Source of the DNA: an uncultured delta proteobacterium
GTDB taxonomy: Bacteria > Desulfobacterota > Syntrophia > Syntrophales > UBA5619
Direction: 5' to 3'
Assembly: GCA_963817385.1 (NCBI GenBank)
Contig: CAWFOM010000012.1
Coordinates: forward strand, 32,001 to 96,000
Length of the DNA: 64,000 bases
Both the position numbers and the translations under genes were made by a program. How positions within the stretch are numbered: position 1 is the first letter of the stretch; each line of letters starts with the position of its first letter. Of the stretch, positions 39,194 through 50,766 are shown in pieces. Under the pieces are notes generated by a model, which saw only the letters and a list, made by a program, of their open reading frames with translations, did not search any database and was not told the origin of the DNA.

Positions 39194-39382
39194 TTATCCG
39201 GCAGCCTTAACTAGTTGAATCCTGGATTCGGTAAAATTAATCATTTGAATCCTATCTTCAAAGATCTGTTTTTCACCGAAGAGTGATTCTACAATGATTT
39301 TGTCTTTCTCGATGGTGATTTGAGTAATATTTTCCATAGCCGGCTGTTGGGCACCGGGCGCGTATAATTTAGCTAAACACAT
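39194..39382 (-). CDS. CooT-family nickel-binding protein
   Basis: 62 aa, N-terminal MC motif, ME.I, SLFGE.K, I..INF; GGAGG RBS. Confidence 0.8.
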   Translation of the reverse strand: MCLAKLYAPGAQQPAMENITQITIEKDKIIVESLFGEKQIFEDRIQMINFTESRIQLVKAAG

Positions 39383-39443
39383 GGAAACCTCCAATAATAA
39401 TTCAAAATTTCAGGCACTACATTTACGAGGTGAGGCAATCGAG

Positions 39444-39644
39444 TTATTGTAACAGAGAGCGGGCTTTTTTTAGGTATCCGTCAGCCTCGGCCATTTTATC
39501 AGCCGCCTGCCGCAGTTGCTTGGCAACATCTTTTTGCTCCGTGGCTATCTTATCGGCCCATTCGCGGAATTCCTCTCCGTGTTCCTGGTTATGTTCCAGC
39601 CAGTAGGACAGCAGACTATTCAGTTTACTCTTGGTATCGTTCAT
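39444..39644 (-). CDS. Small helical His-motif protein (W.EHN.EH..EF..WA)
   Basis: KL..LL.YWLEHNQEHGEEFREWA; co-oriented upstream of cooT; TTGACA-17-TATTCT promoter at 39793-39765. Confidence 0.7.
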   Translation of the reverse strand: MNDTKSKLNSLLSYWLEHNQEHGEEFREWADKIATEQKDVAKQLRQAADKMAEADGYLKKARSLLQ

Positions 39645-39800
39645 GAAATCCTTCTCCTCGCTCGCTTTCACGATTATGCTGAGAAAATATGCGCAAAGAC
39701 ACTAGTCTATCAAATCCGGATAAATAATTGAATTATTGATAAGAACTTGCCTTTGTACGCACTAAGAATAAGAAAATCGGCCTTTTATGTCAAGGAGATT

Positions 39801-42036
39801 TTATTGCGCCGCGATCCGTGTCCGGGCCTCCTCGGTCAGGAAATCCCATAGACCGATCTCTTTGAGGGTGGCGGGGGTCGGGATGCCGGAGGGGGTCCAG
39901 CCCCGCTCCCGGTAATACGCCTGGATCAGGTCGCCGAGCTGCTCCTTACGGTTCTTCATGAGGATCTCCCGCTTCTTCCCGGTCTGCATGCCTTGGATCA
40001 CTTCCGGGGATTTTCCCAGGAGCCGGCTGACCTCCGCGTCATTGTACACCCCCTCTGCTTCGTAGAGCCCGTCGTCGGTCGGCCCGATGGCCCGCTCCGG
40101 GATCCGGTCCTGTTTTCCCGTCTCAGAGCCGTAGACCATGACGTTCATGACGCGCTGCAGGTTGATGTCCCGGTCCGTCTGCGCGAAGATCTGCTCCCAG
40201 GTCAGATCTGGTTCCCAGCATCCCGTTGTAGAAATCCGCATAGAGCTCCTGCGAGGCGGGATTGATGAACTTGTCGGTCTTCTTCACCTTCTCCGAGGCG
40301 GGGTTGAAGACGTCGACCCAGGGGAGCTTGCAGAGTCCGAGATTGTCGTTTCCCAGGCGGACGCGCGGATAGGTGATGAGCGCCCGGGCCTTGTCCTGAA
40401 GGGTGGGAAAGGCGCCCAGGAGGTCCACCTTGATGAGCCAGGCGGCGGCGTGGTGCGCCCCGATGTCGCTCGCGGCGGCGTAGGAACCCTGCATGGAGAG
40501 CGAGCGGTGGGTCCGGTAGAGGGAAAAGGGGAGCCCCTTCGTCTGCATGGCGAACCGGAGGAGTTCCTCCCGGGGATCGGCCTGGCCGGTTCTCCCGACA
40601 TAGCGGGCGGCGATCCAGTCGAGAAGGGGGAGCATCCCCTGGCCCGCGACCCGGGCGAATTTCGTTTCCCCGAGGGCGATATGGCGGATGAAGCTCAGGA
40701 CTGCCTCCTCATTTCCCCAGGCGAGCGCCAGGCCGTCCGTGTCTTCCCGCGTCAGATATCCCCGCTGGAAGCATTCCATGAGAAAGGCGATCGTGACGGC
40801 CACGGTGATCGTGTCGATCCCGTAGTTGTCGCAGTGCCAGTTGGCCTCCATGATGAATTCGGCGTTCCACATCCCGAGGTTGGAGCCGAAGCCGGCGGCG
40901 GTTTCGTACTCGGGGCCGTCCACCCACACCTTGCGGCCCCGGTGTTCGCCGAAGCTCAGGGTAACCCAGCCCCCCTTGGTGCAGCGCAGGTTGCAGCCGG
41001 GGAAACAGCCGTCCATCCCCCGGTGATCGAACAGGTGCTCGGCATAGAATTTCCCCGTGATCTGCTCCGCCCGCGGGTCGGAGCCCAACTGGTAATTGTT
41101 CACGGGCAGGGACTGGTACTCCTGTTTGTTCATGAAGGCGATGAGCCCCGCGCTTCCCTTCCGGTACATCTTGAGCGATTGCGGATCCACCTCCCGGACG
41201 ACCTTCCCGAGCTCGGCGCCCGCGTGCTTCACCTTCTCCCAGTCGGCGGCGCCGTAAGGGTTTTCGCCGTGAGGAAATTCGGCCAGAACGACGATGGCCC
41301 GGATTTTCTTGTCAATCATCACGGTGCCCAGCCCCGTCCGCCCGGCCTGCTTCGTCCGGAAGAACCCCTTGGTCCCGTCCACGTGTTTCGTGGGATCGAA
41401 ATAATGGCTGTTGATGCAGCCGTAGGTGGTATGGGCGGCGCCGATGCCGGTCGTCAAAAAGACGATCTCCTTGCGATCCCGGCCCTCGCGGATGAACCGC
41501 TCGGCGATCGCCTTCTCCAGGTCGAAGACCTCATCGTGCAGCGGCGCTTCCACGATCGATATCTCCCGGCGGAAGCCGTCGATGACGATCATGATATCCG
41601 TCGCTGACTTTCCCGTGATTTCCAGGGCATCGAAACCGGCGTACTTGAGATAGGCGCCGAAATGGCCGCCGAAATTCGAGACCCCCGGAATGCCCGTCAG
41701 CGGCGACAGGGATACGGCCATGCATTTGCTCGTCCCCGGGAACTGGGGAATGCCGGCCAAGGGACCCGGCGAAAAGATCAGGGGATTCTCGGGATCGCGG
41801 GGGGTTGTTCGCGGGGTGATCCGCGTATGGAGAAGGTAGAGACCCAGGGCGCGGCCGCCGAGGAAGTAGTCACGGACGTGCGGCGCCAGCGCCGGTGTTG
41901 CAATGGCGCGGGTTCCCAGGTCGATGGTGATCATGGTGTTCGTATATCCGTGGTGGAGCTTTGCTGCTGCGTATGGCATATTCCGTTTCCTTCCGGCCGG
42001 CGCCGCAGTGGCGGCGGGCGTTGGTTTTCTTCCCAT
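39801..42036 (-). CDS. Aldehyde:ferredoxin oxidoreductase family protein; frameshift near 40207
   Basis: FLGGRALG, SPLTG, LKYAGFDALEITG, QAGRTGLG.VM..K, GCFPGC..RC, GPEYET, D.YGIDTI; C-terminus (YYRERGW..SGIPT..TL..IGL) in ORF 39801..40241; alternative start 41979. Confidence 0.9.
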
Positions 42037-42166
42037 CCTCCGATCTATTGGTTTCCTGAGGATCTTTTTGGGGAGGGCCGAGTTTATGGAAATGAGGCCC
42101 GCCTGTCAAGAGAATTAAAGCACGGGTTAGCGCGGAATTGCGCCCCCTGTCAGACCGGGTTTTCTC

Positions 42167-43479
42167 CTATTCTGCGGTCAGGACGACCCGCTCGACCTTC
42201 TCCAGATCCCTCCGATAGAAGCGTGAACCGAGGGTAAAAAGGACGCAGGAGATGAGCGCCATGGCGCTCGCGATCTTCAGGGCCGTCAGGATCCCGTACC
42301 GGTCGGAGAAGGCGCCGGTCACCACCGGACCGAGGGCGCTCCCCAGCAGGTTCTGGGTGATTACGCAGAGGGCGTAGGAGACGGCGCGCAGGCCCGGATG
42401 GACGACATCCTGGGTGACGGCGATGGCCGAGGAGGCCCAGGCGATGGAGGCGATTCCCGCCAGAAGGAAGATCCCGTACTGGAGGGCGCCGCCGGAGGGA
42501 AGGTGAAACCCGCCGAGAAACAGGGCCGCGGTCAGGAGGGCGGAGAGGGCAGGGAGGAGCAATCGGGCCTGGATCCTCTTTTTCATCCAGGTGTCCGCGA
42601 TCCAGCCGCCCAGCGGCGAGCCGACGATGCTGGTCAGCATGATGCCGCTGGCCAGGAGGGTGGCCTTTTGCAGGGGGAAACCCCTGGATCCGCTGGAAGT
42701 AGGTGGGCAGGAACGTGGACATCGATATGGAGGTGAACATCATTCCGGCGAACCCGAGGTAGGTCAGAAGAAGGGAAGGCGTTTGGGCGAACGTGCGGAC
42801 GATCTCCCGGTTGGACATTTTTTTCGTGGCCGGGCCGGCGTCGTGTGCCGACCGCCGATCGGTCAACCGTTTTTTCCAGGCCGACCGTCTTGTAGTCCTT
42901 GACGAAGAAGAAGAGCAAAGCAATGATCAACCCGGGGAGGGCGACGATCCCGAAGGCGTGACGCCATCCCCACCGGGAGGCGATGGCTCCCCCGATGACG
43001 ATGCCTGCGGCCATTCCGAGAGGAATGGAGGCATTCCAGATACCCACCATGAAGGCGCGCTTGTTTTCGGGATAGAGGGCGGAGATCATCGCCGTCCCGC
43101 CGGGCGCATAGCCGGCTTCCCCCAGGCCGATGGCGGCCCGCGCCGCAAAAAGCTGGCCGAAATTCTTCGTTACCGCGCAGGCGGCCGTGGCCAGGCTCCA
43201 CAATACGGCCATAATGCCGATGCTCTTTTTCCGGCTCCAGCGGTCAATTACGATGGAGACGGGGAAGGAGAAGATGATGATGGCCCAGTATACGGCGGAG
43301 ACCATGGCCCCGCATTGGGTATCGGTCAGACCCCAATCGGCCTTCAGAAAAGGGAAGAGGGAGACGACCACCATGCGGTCGATGTAGTCAAAGAAGTAGA
43401 GGAGCCAGAGCAGGAGAAACACATAGCCGGTGTAGGCCTTGGAAAAAAGGTAGCCTTCGGGAGGGGGGAGCTTCGTCAT
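42167..43479 (-). CDS. MFS transporter (spinster/ACS-like); two frameshifts, near 42870 and 42645
   Basis: DYIDR, DRWSRKK motif A, GLGEA, GWRHAF, GGWIAD, LGP...GAFSD split over three ORFs. Confidence 0.85.
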
Positions 43480-43711
43480 GGGTGAATCTCCTTATGGTTG
43501 CCGCCTCACCGGGTGTTTTTCAAATACCAGGACAGCGGGCGGCCGTCAATCCTGTGGAGCGGCGGTAGACAGCAGCCTTCATTGGGCTCGTTCCTGTTGC
43601 CTATGAACCGTGCGCTGTGCTGAAAGGGTGCTTCCGTCCGGTGAGTGTAGGGAAACGGCACGGGTGTGTCAGGGTAATTGCTGCATGCATCCCGGGGGGA
43701 ACGCGATACTG

Positions 43712-43748
43712 AAAGAGCGCCCCGCCATCGCCGGCGGGGCGCTCTTTT
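43712..43748. terminator. Intrinsic terminator downstream of the lipoprotein gene
   Basis: AAAGAGCGCCCCGCC-atcgcc-GGCGGGGCGCTCTTTT. Confidence 0.85.
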
Positions 43749-43775
43749 CTGATCAGCACAGTGATACCGGAGACG

Positions 43776-44379
43776 TTAACTCTGTTGTTTCTTCACCTTC
43801 TTGGGTTCGGGCTTGGCAGGAGCTGTCAGCATTTCCTTGAAAGCGGCGTCCCATTTCTCGATGACGGCCTTCAGTTCGAGCGACCTTCGCCTTGGCGCCG
43901 ATCGGATCGGCGGCGATCGCATCCTTGGCGGCTTTCAGGTTGTCCACGAAGGCCTTGGCATCCGCTTCCCATGCGCCCTTCTGGTCCTTCATCTTCTTTT
44001 CGGCCTTTTTCGCGTCGGCTTCAATGGCCGTCCAGCCTTGCTCCAGGGCTGTCAGGGCGGCGGTCGCTTCGTCGGCGACGGCCTTCTTGCCCGCTGCCAC
44101 GGCGCCGGCGGCCTTCTCGAAGGCGGCCTTGGCATCCACATAACCCTGTTTGGCTTCCTTATACTTCTTGTCCTTCACCTGGGCTTCTGAAGACTCCCAC
44201 ACCTTCTTGGCGGCATCCAGATCGGCGGCGGCGTATTTGTCGGCGCCGGCGGCGACGGCTGCATCCATGGCAGCCTTCGCTGCCTTCTGTTCCGCCTCAG
44301 GGGGTTTTGCACAGCCGATGAAGACCAGGGCCAGAGCAAGAACCATCAACAATGATACCGAATACTTGAAATGCTTCAT
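43776..44379 (-). CDS. Ala/Lys-rich helical lipoprotein (DUF4398-like); frameshift near 43880
   Basis: FIGC lipobox, KPP.AE..AA.AA...A..AGA..YA; the C-terminus ELKAVIEKWDAAFKEM...* lies in another frame. Confidence 0.75.
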
Positions 44380-44485
44380 ACAGGACCTCCTTCGTTTAAA
44401 TGATTGCAATTATTTCTGACGAAAAGTCACAGTTTTTATATACCTTTTTACGCGGTTGTCAAGATTTTCGAGGGGAAAAATCCGC

Positions 44486-46078
44486 TTACCCCTTTTCTCG
44501 TCCGGCTATCCGCCGCCGGAGAGAGCCCATCATGAGCATGACCTCCGGGCTCCTGAAGAGGAAGGCGGCCGCGAGGAAGGCAATGCCGCCCCCGGCAACG
44601 CAGAGGACGAGGTAAATCAGCCTCGCGCTGAACGGCCCGGAGGTGTGCCAGGGGTAGAGAAGGCCGATGATGAAGATCGCCGCCCCCATGACCAGCGACG
44701 CGAGGGAGGTCTTGCCGACGGATCGGGTGAATTCACTGTCCAGGATCGTTCCGACCCGTCGTTTCAGGATCACCCAGAGCATCCCCACGTTCACGGCCGA
44801 GGCGATGGAGGTGGCGAGCGCGATTCCTCCGTGCTTCAGGGGAAACATCAGGGCGACGCTGAAGACGGCGTTTACGATCAGGGCGACGATGGCGGCCTTC
44901 ATGGGGGAGCGGGTGTCCTGGAGGGAGTAGAAGGCCGAGACGATGATCCGGATGACGGAGAAGGCCCAGAGGCCGACGGCGTAGCAGAGGAGGGCCTGCG
45001 CTGTAAGCACCGTGGCCTGCGCGCTGAACTCCCCCCGCTGGAACAGGACGGAGATGATCGGAACGCGCAGGACGATCAGGGCGACCGTCGCCGGGATGGT
45101 GATGAAGAGGATAAGCCTGAGCGAGAAGGAGATCGTCCGCTTCAGCTCCTCGATCCGTCCCTGCGCCACCTGGTCCGAAAAGCTCGGGAGCGTCGCCGTC
45201 CCCACGGCGATGGCGAAGACCCCGAGGGGAAGCTCGACGATCCGGTCGGCGTAGTAGAGATACGAGACGCTCCCGGCAGGCAGGAGCGACGCCAGGATCG
45301 TCCCGATGAAGATGTTGATCTGGTAGATCGCCGCCCCGAAGGAGGCGGGCAGCATCAGCATCCCGATCCGTTTCACCCCCGGATGGCGGAAATGGAAATC
45401 CGGCTTCAGCCGGACCCCCATCCTGATCAGGAAGGGCAACTGCATGGCGAGCTGGAGCACCCCGCCCGCCATGACGCCGACGGCGAGCGCGACGACCGGC
45501 TCCCGGAAGAAGCCCCGGAGCGTCAGGGCGGCCAGGATCATCGCGAGGTTAAGGACGACGGGCGAGAGGGCCGGCGCCGCGAAATGCCGAAGCGAGTTGA
45601 GTATCCCCATGCAGAGGGCGACGAGCGAGATGAGCAGGATGTAGGGGAACATGAGCCGCGTGAGGAAGACGGCCAGGTCATACTGGGCCGGCATCCGGAC
45701 GAAGCCGGGCGCCATGATCGTCACGATGAGCGGGGAGAAAAGGACGCCAAGAAGTGAGACGACGACGAGGATGATCGACAGGGCCGTGAAGGTGATGTTC
45801 GCCAGTTCCAGCGCCTCCTCGCGGGTTTTATTTCGCAGATATTCGGTGAAGACGGGGACGAAGGAGACGGTCAGCGACCCCTCGGCGAGGAGCCTGCGGA
45901 GGAGGTTGGGGATCCGAAAGGCGACGAAGAAGGCGTCCGTGGTGAGCCCCGCACCGAAGAAGGCGGCCACGACCATGTCCCTGATGAAGCCGAAGATGCG
46001 GGAGAGCATCGTGGCGATCCCCACGACCCCGGCCGCCCGGACGACCCGTCTGTTTTCGGACCCGTGTTCATCCACCAT
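44486..46078 (-). CDS. murJ: Lipid II flippase MurJ (MviN)
   Basis: SRIFGFIRD, DAFFVAFRIPNLLRRLLAEG, SYLYYADRIVELPLG, FYSLQDTRSP. Confidence 0.97.
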   Translation of the reverse strand: MVDEHGSENRRVVRAAGVVGIATMLSRIFGFIRDMVVAAFFGAGLTTDAFFVAFRIPNLLRRLLAEGSLTVSFVPVFTEYLRNKTREEALELANITFTALSIILVVVSLLGVLFSPLIVTIMAPGFVRMPAQYDLAVFLTRLMFPYILLISLVALCMGILNSLRHFAAPALSPVVLNLAMILAALTLRGFFREPVVALAVGVMAGGVLQLAMQLPFLIRMGVRLKPDFHFRHPGVKRIGMLMLPASFGAAIYQINIFIGTILASLLPAGSVSYLYYADRIVELPLGVFAIAVGTATLPSFSDQVAQGRIEELKRTISFSLRLILFITIPATVALIVLRVPIISVLFQRGEFSAQATVLTAQALLCYAVGLWAFSVIRIIVSAFYSLQDTRSPMKAAIVALIVNAVFSVALMFPLKHGGIALATSIASAVNVGMLWVILKRRVGTILDSEFTRSVGKTSLASLVMGAAIFIIGLLYPWHTSGPFSARLIYLVLCVAGGGIAFLAAAFLFRSPEVMLMMGSLRRRIAGREKG

Positions 46079-46198
46079 AGCGCAATTCCCTTGAAAAGGT
46101 TACCTCACCGGGAGATCGGTGAATCCGCCTGCGAGCGCATCACTGCGGGCTACCGCAGGATCAGCGAGCAACGTTATGTTTTATTCCTCTTAAGGATC

Positions 46199-46391
46199 GA
46201 AGCTCTCCGCAGCTTTCTGTGGAGAGCTTCAAATCACGATCCCGGAAGCGCACATTGGAGATTTTTCGGGCCCCCTGCCCCCGCAGCGGAGCGCCCGCAA
46301 AGACGATTGTTTGAGCGCGAAGCGCGAGTTTCGTCTTTGCAGCGAAGTGAGGAGGCGCAGGGTCGGAAAATGTCCAGTGCGCGGAGGGATC
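46199..46391. repeat. Intergenic palindromic (REP/MITE-like) elements
   Basis: Hairpin GAAGCTCTCCGCAG/CTGTGGAGAGCTTC (46199-46230), then an imperfect ~154-bp palindrome bounded by GATCCC/GGGATC with an inner GCAAAGACGA/TCGTCTTTGC stem. Confidence 0.65.
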
Positions 46392-46416
46392 ATACGTTTC
46401 ACGTCGTGTAAATATC

Positions 46417-46719
46417 TCACAACGCCGCGATGAGAGCAGCGACCTGGTCTCCCTTCAAACCCTTCACGGCGACGGTTTTGGTCCTCGCGGTGTGGCCGGC
46501 AATGATGGTCACCTGCGCCTTTTTCACGCCGAGAACTTCGGCGAGCAGGCGGATGCACTCTTCGTTGGCCTTTCCCTCCACGGGGGCGGCCGTGATCCGG
46601 AGCTTCAGCGCGTCGTCCTGGACGCCCGCGATCTCGCGCCGCGATGCCCGCGGGACGACCCGGATGCGGAATACGACGCCGGCGGAGGTTTCACGGATGG
46701 ATATCGATGAAACTGCCAT
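46417..46719 (-). CDS. yggU: DUF167 (YggU) family protein
   Basis: IRVVPRASR, LKLRITAAPVEGKAN, G.TAR.K. Confidence 0.92.
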   Translation of the reverse strand: MAVSSISIRETSAGVVFRIRVVPRASRREIAGVQDDALKLRITAAPVEGKANEECIRLLAEVLGVKKAQVTIIAGHTARTKTVAVKGLKGDQVAALIAAL

Positions 46720-46725
46720 TGGCGG

Positions 46726-47025
46726 TCACCGGAATGAAAGCGCAAGCTGCATCAGGCTCGGCACCAGGAAGCTCTGGAGGAAGACGATCGCCAGGAGGAT
46801 GATCATGGGCGAAAAGTCGATGCCCATCCCGCGAAGCGGGATCCAGCGCCGGACGCGGGCCATGACCGGTTCGGTGATCTGATAGAGAAAGCGGACGATC
46901 GGGTTGTAGGGATCGGGATTTACCCAGGAGAGGACCGCCCGGATGACGATGATCCACATGTAGGCGGTCAGGGCGATGTCGATGATTTTGGCAACGGCGA
47001 TGATGAAATTCCCCAGGACAAACAT
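46726..47025 (-). CDS. yggT: YggT family membrane protein
   Basis: LSWVNPDPYNPIVRFLYQITEP, IDFSP. Confidence 0.95.
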   Translation of the reverse strand: MFVLGNFIIAVAKIIDIALTAYMWIIVIRAVLSWVNPDPYNPIVRFLYQITEPVMARVRRWIPLRGMGIDFSPMIILLAIVFLQSFLVPSLMQLALSFR

Positions 47026-47052
47026 CGGTTTTATGATCCTCTCTTTTAAAGG

Positions 47053-47829
47053 TTATGGCAGCGAATTCACGAAATCCGTCAAGGCCGCATTGAAGGCCTC
47101 CGGATTCTCCAGCATCACGAAATGTCCCGCCCCTTCGATCAGGGCGAGCCGCGCCCCGGGGAGGTGATCCCGGATGAATTCCGAGAAGGAGGGGGGCGTC
47201 ATCTTGTCTTCCGCGCCGCAGAGGACCAGGGCCGGAATCCCGATCCCCGCGATGGCCTCCGTGATGTCCAGTTTGTTGCAGGCGGAGAAATCGCCGTGGA
47301 TGATCTCGGGGTTGACCCGGGAGAGGCTCTCCGTGATGAGGCCGACGAATCTCTCCCGATTCGCCTTCGCGACGGAGAATTTTGCGGCCAGGCCGATGAC
47401 GGCGGCGGGGTCCTGCTTCAGCCCCTCCAGGATGACCGGATTGACCGGCATCTTCACACCTCCCCCGACCGGGACCACCGCCGCGGCCGAATCGCGGTAC
47501 CGGATGACAAAACTGAGACAGATGGCGGCGCCGAGGGAGTGGCCGATCAGGACGGGCTTGACAATCCCGAGCCCGTCGAGGATCTTCTTCACCCATTCCC
47601 CATAGGCGGTTACCTCCTGCTCGCCCGGACCTTCGGACCGGCCGTGGCCGGGCAGATCGATCGCCGCGATATTGAATGCATTTTTCAAAGGGGTGTACTG
47701 CCGGATCCAGTCGGTGTGGTCGCCGCCGGAGCCGTGGATGAAGACCAGCGTCTTGCGGTCCGGCGAAAAGCTTCCGTTGTTGACCCAGCAGGCGATCTGG
47801 CGCCCGTCGATGTTCTGGAGATTGATCAT
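47053..47829 (-). CDS. Alpha/beta hydrolase
   Basis: FIHGSGG, DLPGHGRS, GHSLG nucleophile elbow, G.ED..TP, AGHFVMLE; start ATG 47829. Confidence 0.92.
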   Translation of the reverse strand: MINLQNIDGRQIACWVNNGSFSPDRKTLVFIHGSGGDHTDWIRQYTPLKNAFNIAAIDLPGHGRSEGPGEQEVTAYGEWVKKILDGLGIVKPVLIGHSLGAAICLSFVIRYRDSAAAVVPVGGGVKMPVNPVILEGLKQDPAAVIGLAAKFSVAKANRERFVGLITESLSRVNPEIIHGDFSACNKLDITEAIAGIGIPALVLCGAEDKMTPPSFSEFIRDHLPGARLALIEGAGHFVMLENPEAFNAALTDFVNSLP

Positions 47830-47949
47830 GCCAGCCCCCTTCTTCTCAATGATCTCTACGAGTATCACAACGAGGCCGGGTTGTGCAATTAAAGATTGAA
47901 TAATAACCGCGGTATGAGGTAAGGAAGCCGTACATGAGGAGGAGAAGCT

Positions 47950-48768
47950 ATGCTGGAAGGAAAAAAGATCGGCGTGGTCGGCGGCGGCAAGATGGGAGGC
48001 GCCCTCATCGAGGGAATGATCTCCGGAGGTCTGTTTCCCGCGGCGGCCGTGACGGTGGCGGACACGGATGAACGCCGGCTCGAAGAGCTCCGAAAGGCCT
48101 ACGGCGTCAACGTGACGACCGACAACCGGGCGGCGGTTCGGGGCGCGGAGATGGTCATCCTCTCCGTCAAGCCGCAGAACATGGCGGAGGTCCTCTCCGC
48201 GCTTGCCGGGCAGACGGAGCCGGCGACGCTTTTCATCTCCATCGCGGCCGGGATCGCCACGGCCTTCATCGAGGAACATCTCCGGGAGGGGGTGCGCGTC
48301 GTCCGGGTCATGCCGAACATGCCCGCCCTCATCGGCGAAGGGGCGGCGGCCCTGTGCCGCGGGGCATTCGCCACGGAGGCGGATCTGGGGCTGGCGCGGC
48401 GGATTTTCGATGCCGTCGGGATCACCGTGGAGGTTCAGGAGTCTCTCATGGATGCCGTGACGGGACTCAGCGGCAGCGGTCCCGGCTATGCCTTCCTCAT
48501 CATCGAGGCGCTTCAGGATGCCGGCGTCCGGATGGGGCTCGACCCGGATGTGGCCCTGCGGCTTTCCGCCCAGAGTCTCCTCGGGGCGGCGAAGCTCAGC
48601 CTCAAGGGGGAGAAGACCCCTGCCGAATTCCGGGGGATGGTGACCTCCCCCGGGGGGACGACGCTCGCCGGTCTCAAGGTCCTGGAGGAGGGAAAGCTCC
48701 GGGCGCTCCTGAGTGCGGCCGTCGAGGCGGCGACGCGCCGCTCCGCGGAGCTGGGCGGCCGGAAATAG
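47950..48768 (+). CDS. proC: Pyrroline-5-carboxylate reductase
   Basis: GGGKMG, VKPQ, SIAAG, RVMPN.P, TGLSGSGP, VTSPGGTT. Confidence 0.97.
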   Translation: MLEGKKIGVVGGGKMGGALIEGMISGGLFPAAAVTVADTDERRLEELRKAYGVNVTTDNRAAVRGAEMVILSVKPQNMAEVLSALAGQTEPATLFISIAAGIATAFIEEHLREGVRVVRVMPNMPALIGEGAAALCRGAFATEADLGLARRIFDAVGITVEVQESLMDAVTGLSGSGPGYAFLIIEALQDAGVRMGLDPDVALRLSAQSLLGAAKLSLKGEKTPAEFRGMVTSPGGTTLAGLKVLEEGKLRALLSAAVEAATRRSAELGGRK

Positions 48769-48780
48769 GCCCCTCCTGTA

Positions 48781-50755
48781 CTAGTCGATCAGGGTTTCGA
48801 AGACCTTCTTGAGCCGGTGCAGCGGATCATCGTGATTCGCGTTCGCCTTCTCCGACGTTTCCGCCGGCGCCGCCTGGCTCTTCGGGGCCTCCGGAGCGTG
48901 AGGGGAACTACTCTTCGGAGGGGCCGGTTCGATCACCGCGGCCGGCGGCTTGATTCGAACCGGTTCGCGCGGGTGGGCCGCGGGTGGGTTATCCGGTTCC
49001 GCGGCCGCCGGAGGCACAATCGCCTGAGCCTCGGCCGGTGAGCCATTTACGGGCTTTTCTCCCGGTTTCTTCCTCCGGTGGCGCGATCGCCGGCGGGATC
49101 TCTTTTTCGCCGGTTCATGGTTTTCGGCGGGAGCGGAGGCTGGGGCTGGGGCCGTCCCGTTCCCTCTCGGTTCTTCGATGGCCTTGATCTCCTTGGGTGG
49201 CGGGGCAACCGCCGCCTCTTCGTCTTCGAACTCCTCCGGGATCTCCTCCGCCTCCGGGGCATGCCTCACCTGTTCCGGCACGGGGGCCGTTTCCCGCTTC
49301 GTCGTTTCGATCTTCCACTCGTCCCATGCCATATCGGGTTTCCCGGAGATGGAAATCGACATGTCGTACTCGTCTTCCAGATGGCTGAGCTCGGATCGTT
49401 TCTGATTGAGGAGATAATCGGCCACTTCATAGGGGAGGCCGATCTTGATCTGGGAAGAGAGCCCTTTGACGGCCTGGGTTTCGATCTTCCGATAGGCGGT
49501 CAGGGCCGTGTATTCGAGGGACGGCCGGACTCCGCGGCCCCGGCAGAAGGGACAGGGGGTGTAGCTGATCTCCTGGATTGTCGATTGCTTCTTCTGGCGC
49601 GAGAGCTCCATGATGCCGAATTTGGAGATGTGGGAGAGCTGTATCCGCGCCCGATCCAGCGAGATCGCCTTCTTGAAGGCCTTCTCCACCTCGGCGTTAT
49701 GCTTTACGTCCATCATATCGATGAAGTCGATGACGATCAGCCCCCCCAGATCGCGCAGGCGTGAGCTGGCGGGCGATCTCCTCGGCAGCCTCCATGTTCG
49801 TCTTGAAGGCGGTCTCTTCGACGTTCCGCTTGCTGGAGCCTCTGCCCGAGTTTACGTCGATGGTGATCATCGCTTCGGTGGGGTTGATGATGAGATAGCC
49901 CCCCGACTTCAATTCCACCCGGTCCTGGTAGATGACACGGATCTGATCCTCCAGTTGATATTTGTCGAAGATGGGGGTTTTCTCCTTGTCCAGCTTGATC
50001 ATCTTGACGTTCCGGGGGGCGACGGCCTTGCAGTAGGCGCGCATCTGCCGGAACGTGTCCATGTCGTCGACGAGGATCTCCTCGATGTCCGTCGTGAAGT
50101 AATCCCGGAGAGACCGGACGCCGAAGTCGCTCTCCTGGTAGATCAGCGCGGGCGCCGTGGTTTCGCCGGCCTGTTTCTGGATCTCCTTCCAGAGCCGGGA
50201 GAGGTGCTGGTAGTCGCGGGCCAGCTCCTGCTTGGTCCGGTTCATCCCGGCCGTCCGGACGATGAAGCCGAGTCCGTCTTCCGTCGTGATCTGTTCGACG
50301 AGTTCCTTGAGCCTTTTCCGGTCCACCTCGTCCTCGATCTTGCGGGAGATGCCGCTGCTCTCCTTGTTCGGCAGGAGGACGAGGTACCGTCCCGGCAGGG
50401 AGATGTAGGCGGTCAGGAGGGCGCCCTTCCGTTCGCTGACCTCACGGAGGATCTGGACGAGGACCTCCTGTCCGGGCTTCAGCGTCTGCCTGCTCCCCTC
50501 CCGGCCGTTGGTCTCCGCGAAGTATTGGTGACTGACGTCGCGCAGGGGGAGAAAACCGTCCTTTCTCCCGCCGTAGTTCACGAAAGCAGCCTGGAGGCCG
50601 CGCTCCACCTTCATCACAATACCTTTGTAGATGTTGCCGGTAATCGGCTCCTTCACGGCCATCTGGATGTTGAACTCGACCAGTTTGCCGTCCTCCACGA
50701 TCGCCATCCGTTTCTGCTCCAAATGGACGGCATTGATCAGCATCTGCTTTTTCAT
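48781..50755 (-). CDS. rne: Ribonuclease E/G family; frameshift near 49762
   Basis: GNIYKG S1 domain, KGA.LT..ISLPGRYLV, IDVNSG, EIARQL(RLRDLGG) DFIDM, CPFC.G.G, Pro/Arg-rich tail. Confidence 0.93.
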
Positions 50756-50766
50756 AATGATCCTTT

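Noticed and set aside
43590..43700. Possible ncRNA (CCGTGC...GCACGG stem) upstream of the MFS gene
   Set aside because: It lies upstream of the likely promoter and matches no family I can identify
49740..49780. Programmed frameshifting in rne or the other split genes
   Set aside because: No slippery heptamer with a stimulatory structure; the many scattered indels are better explained as sequencing error
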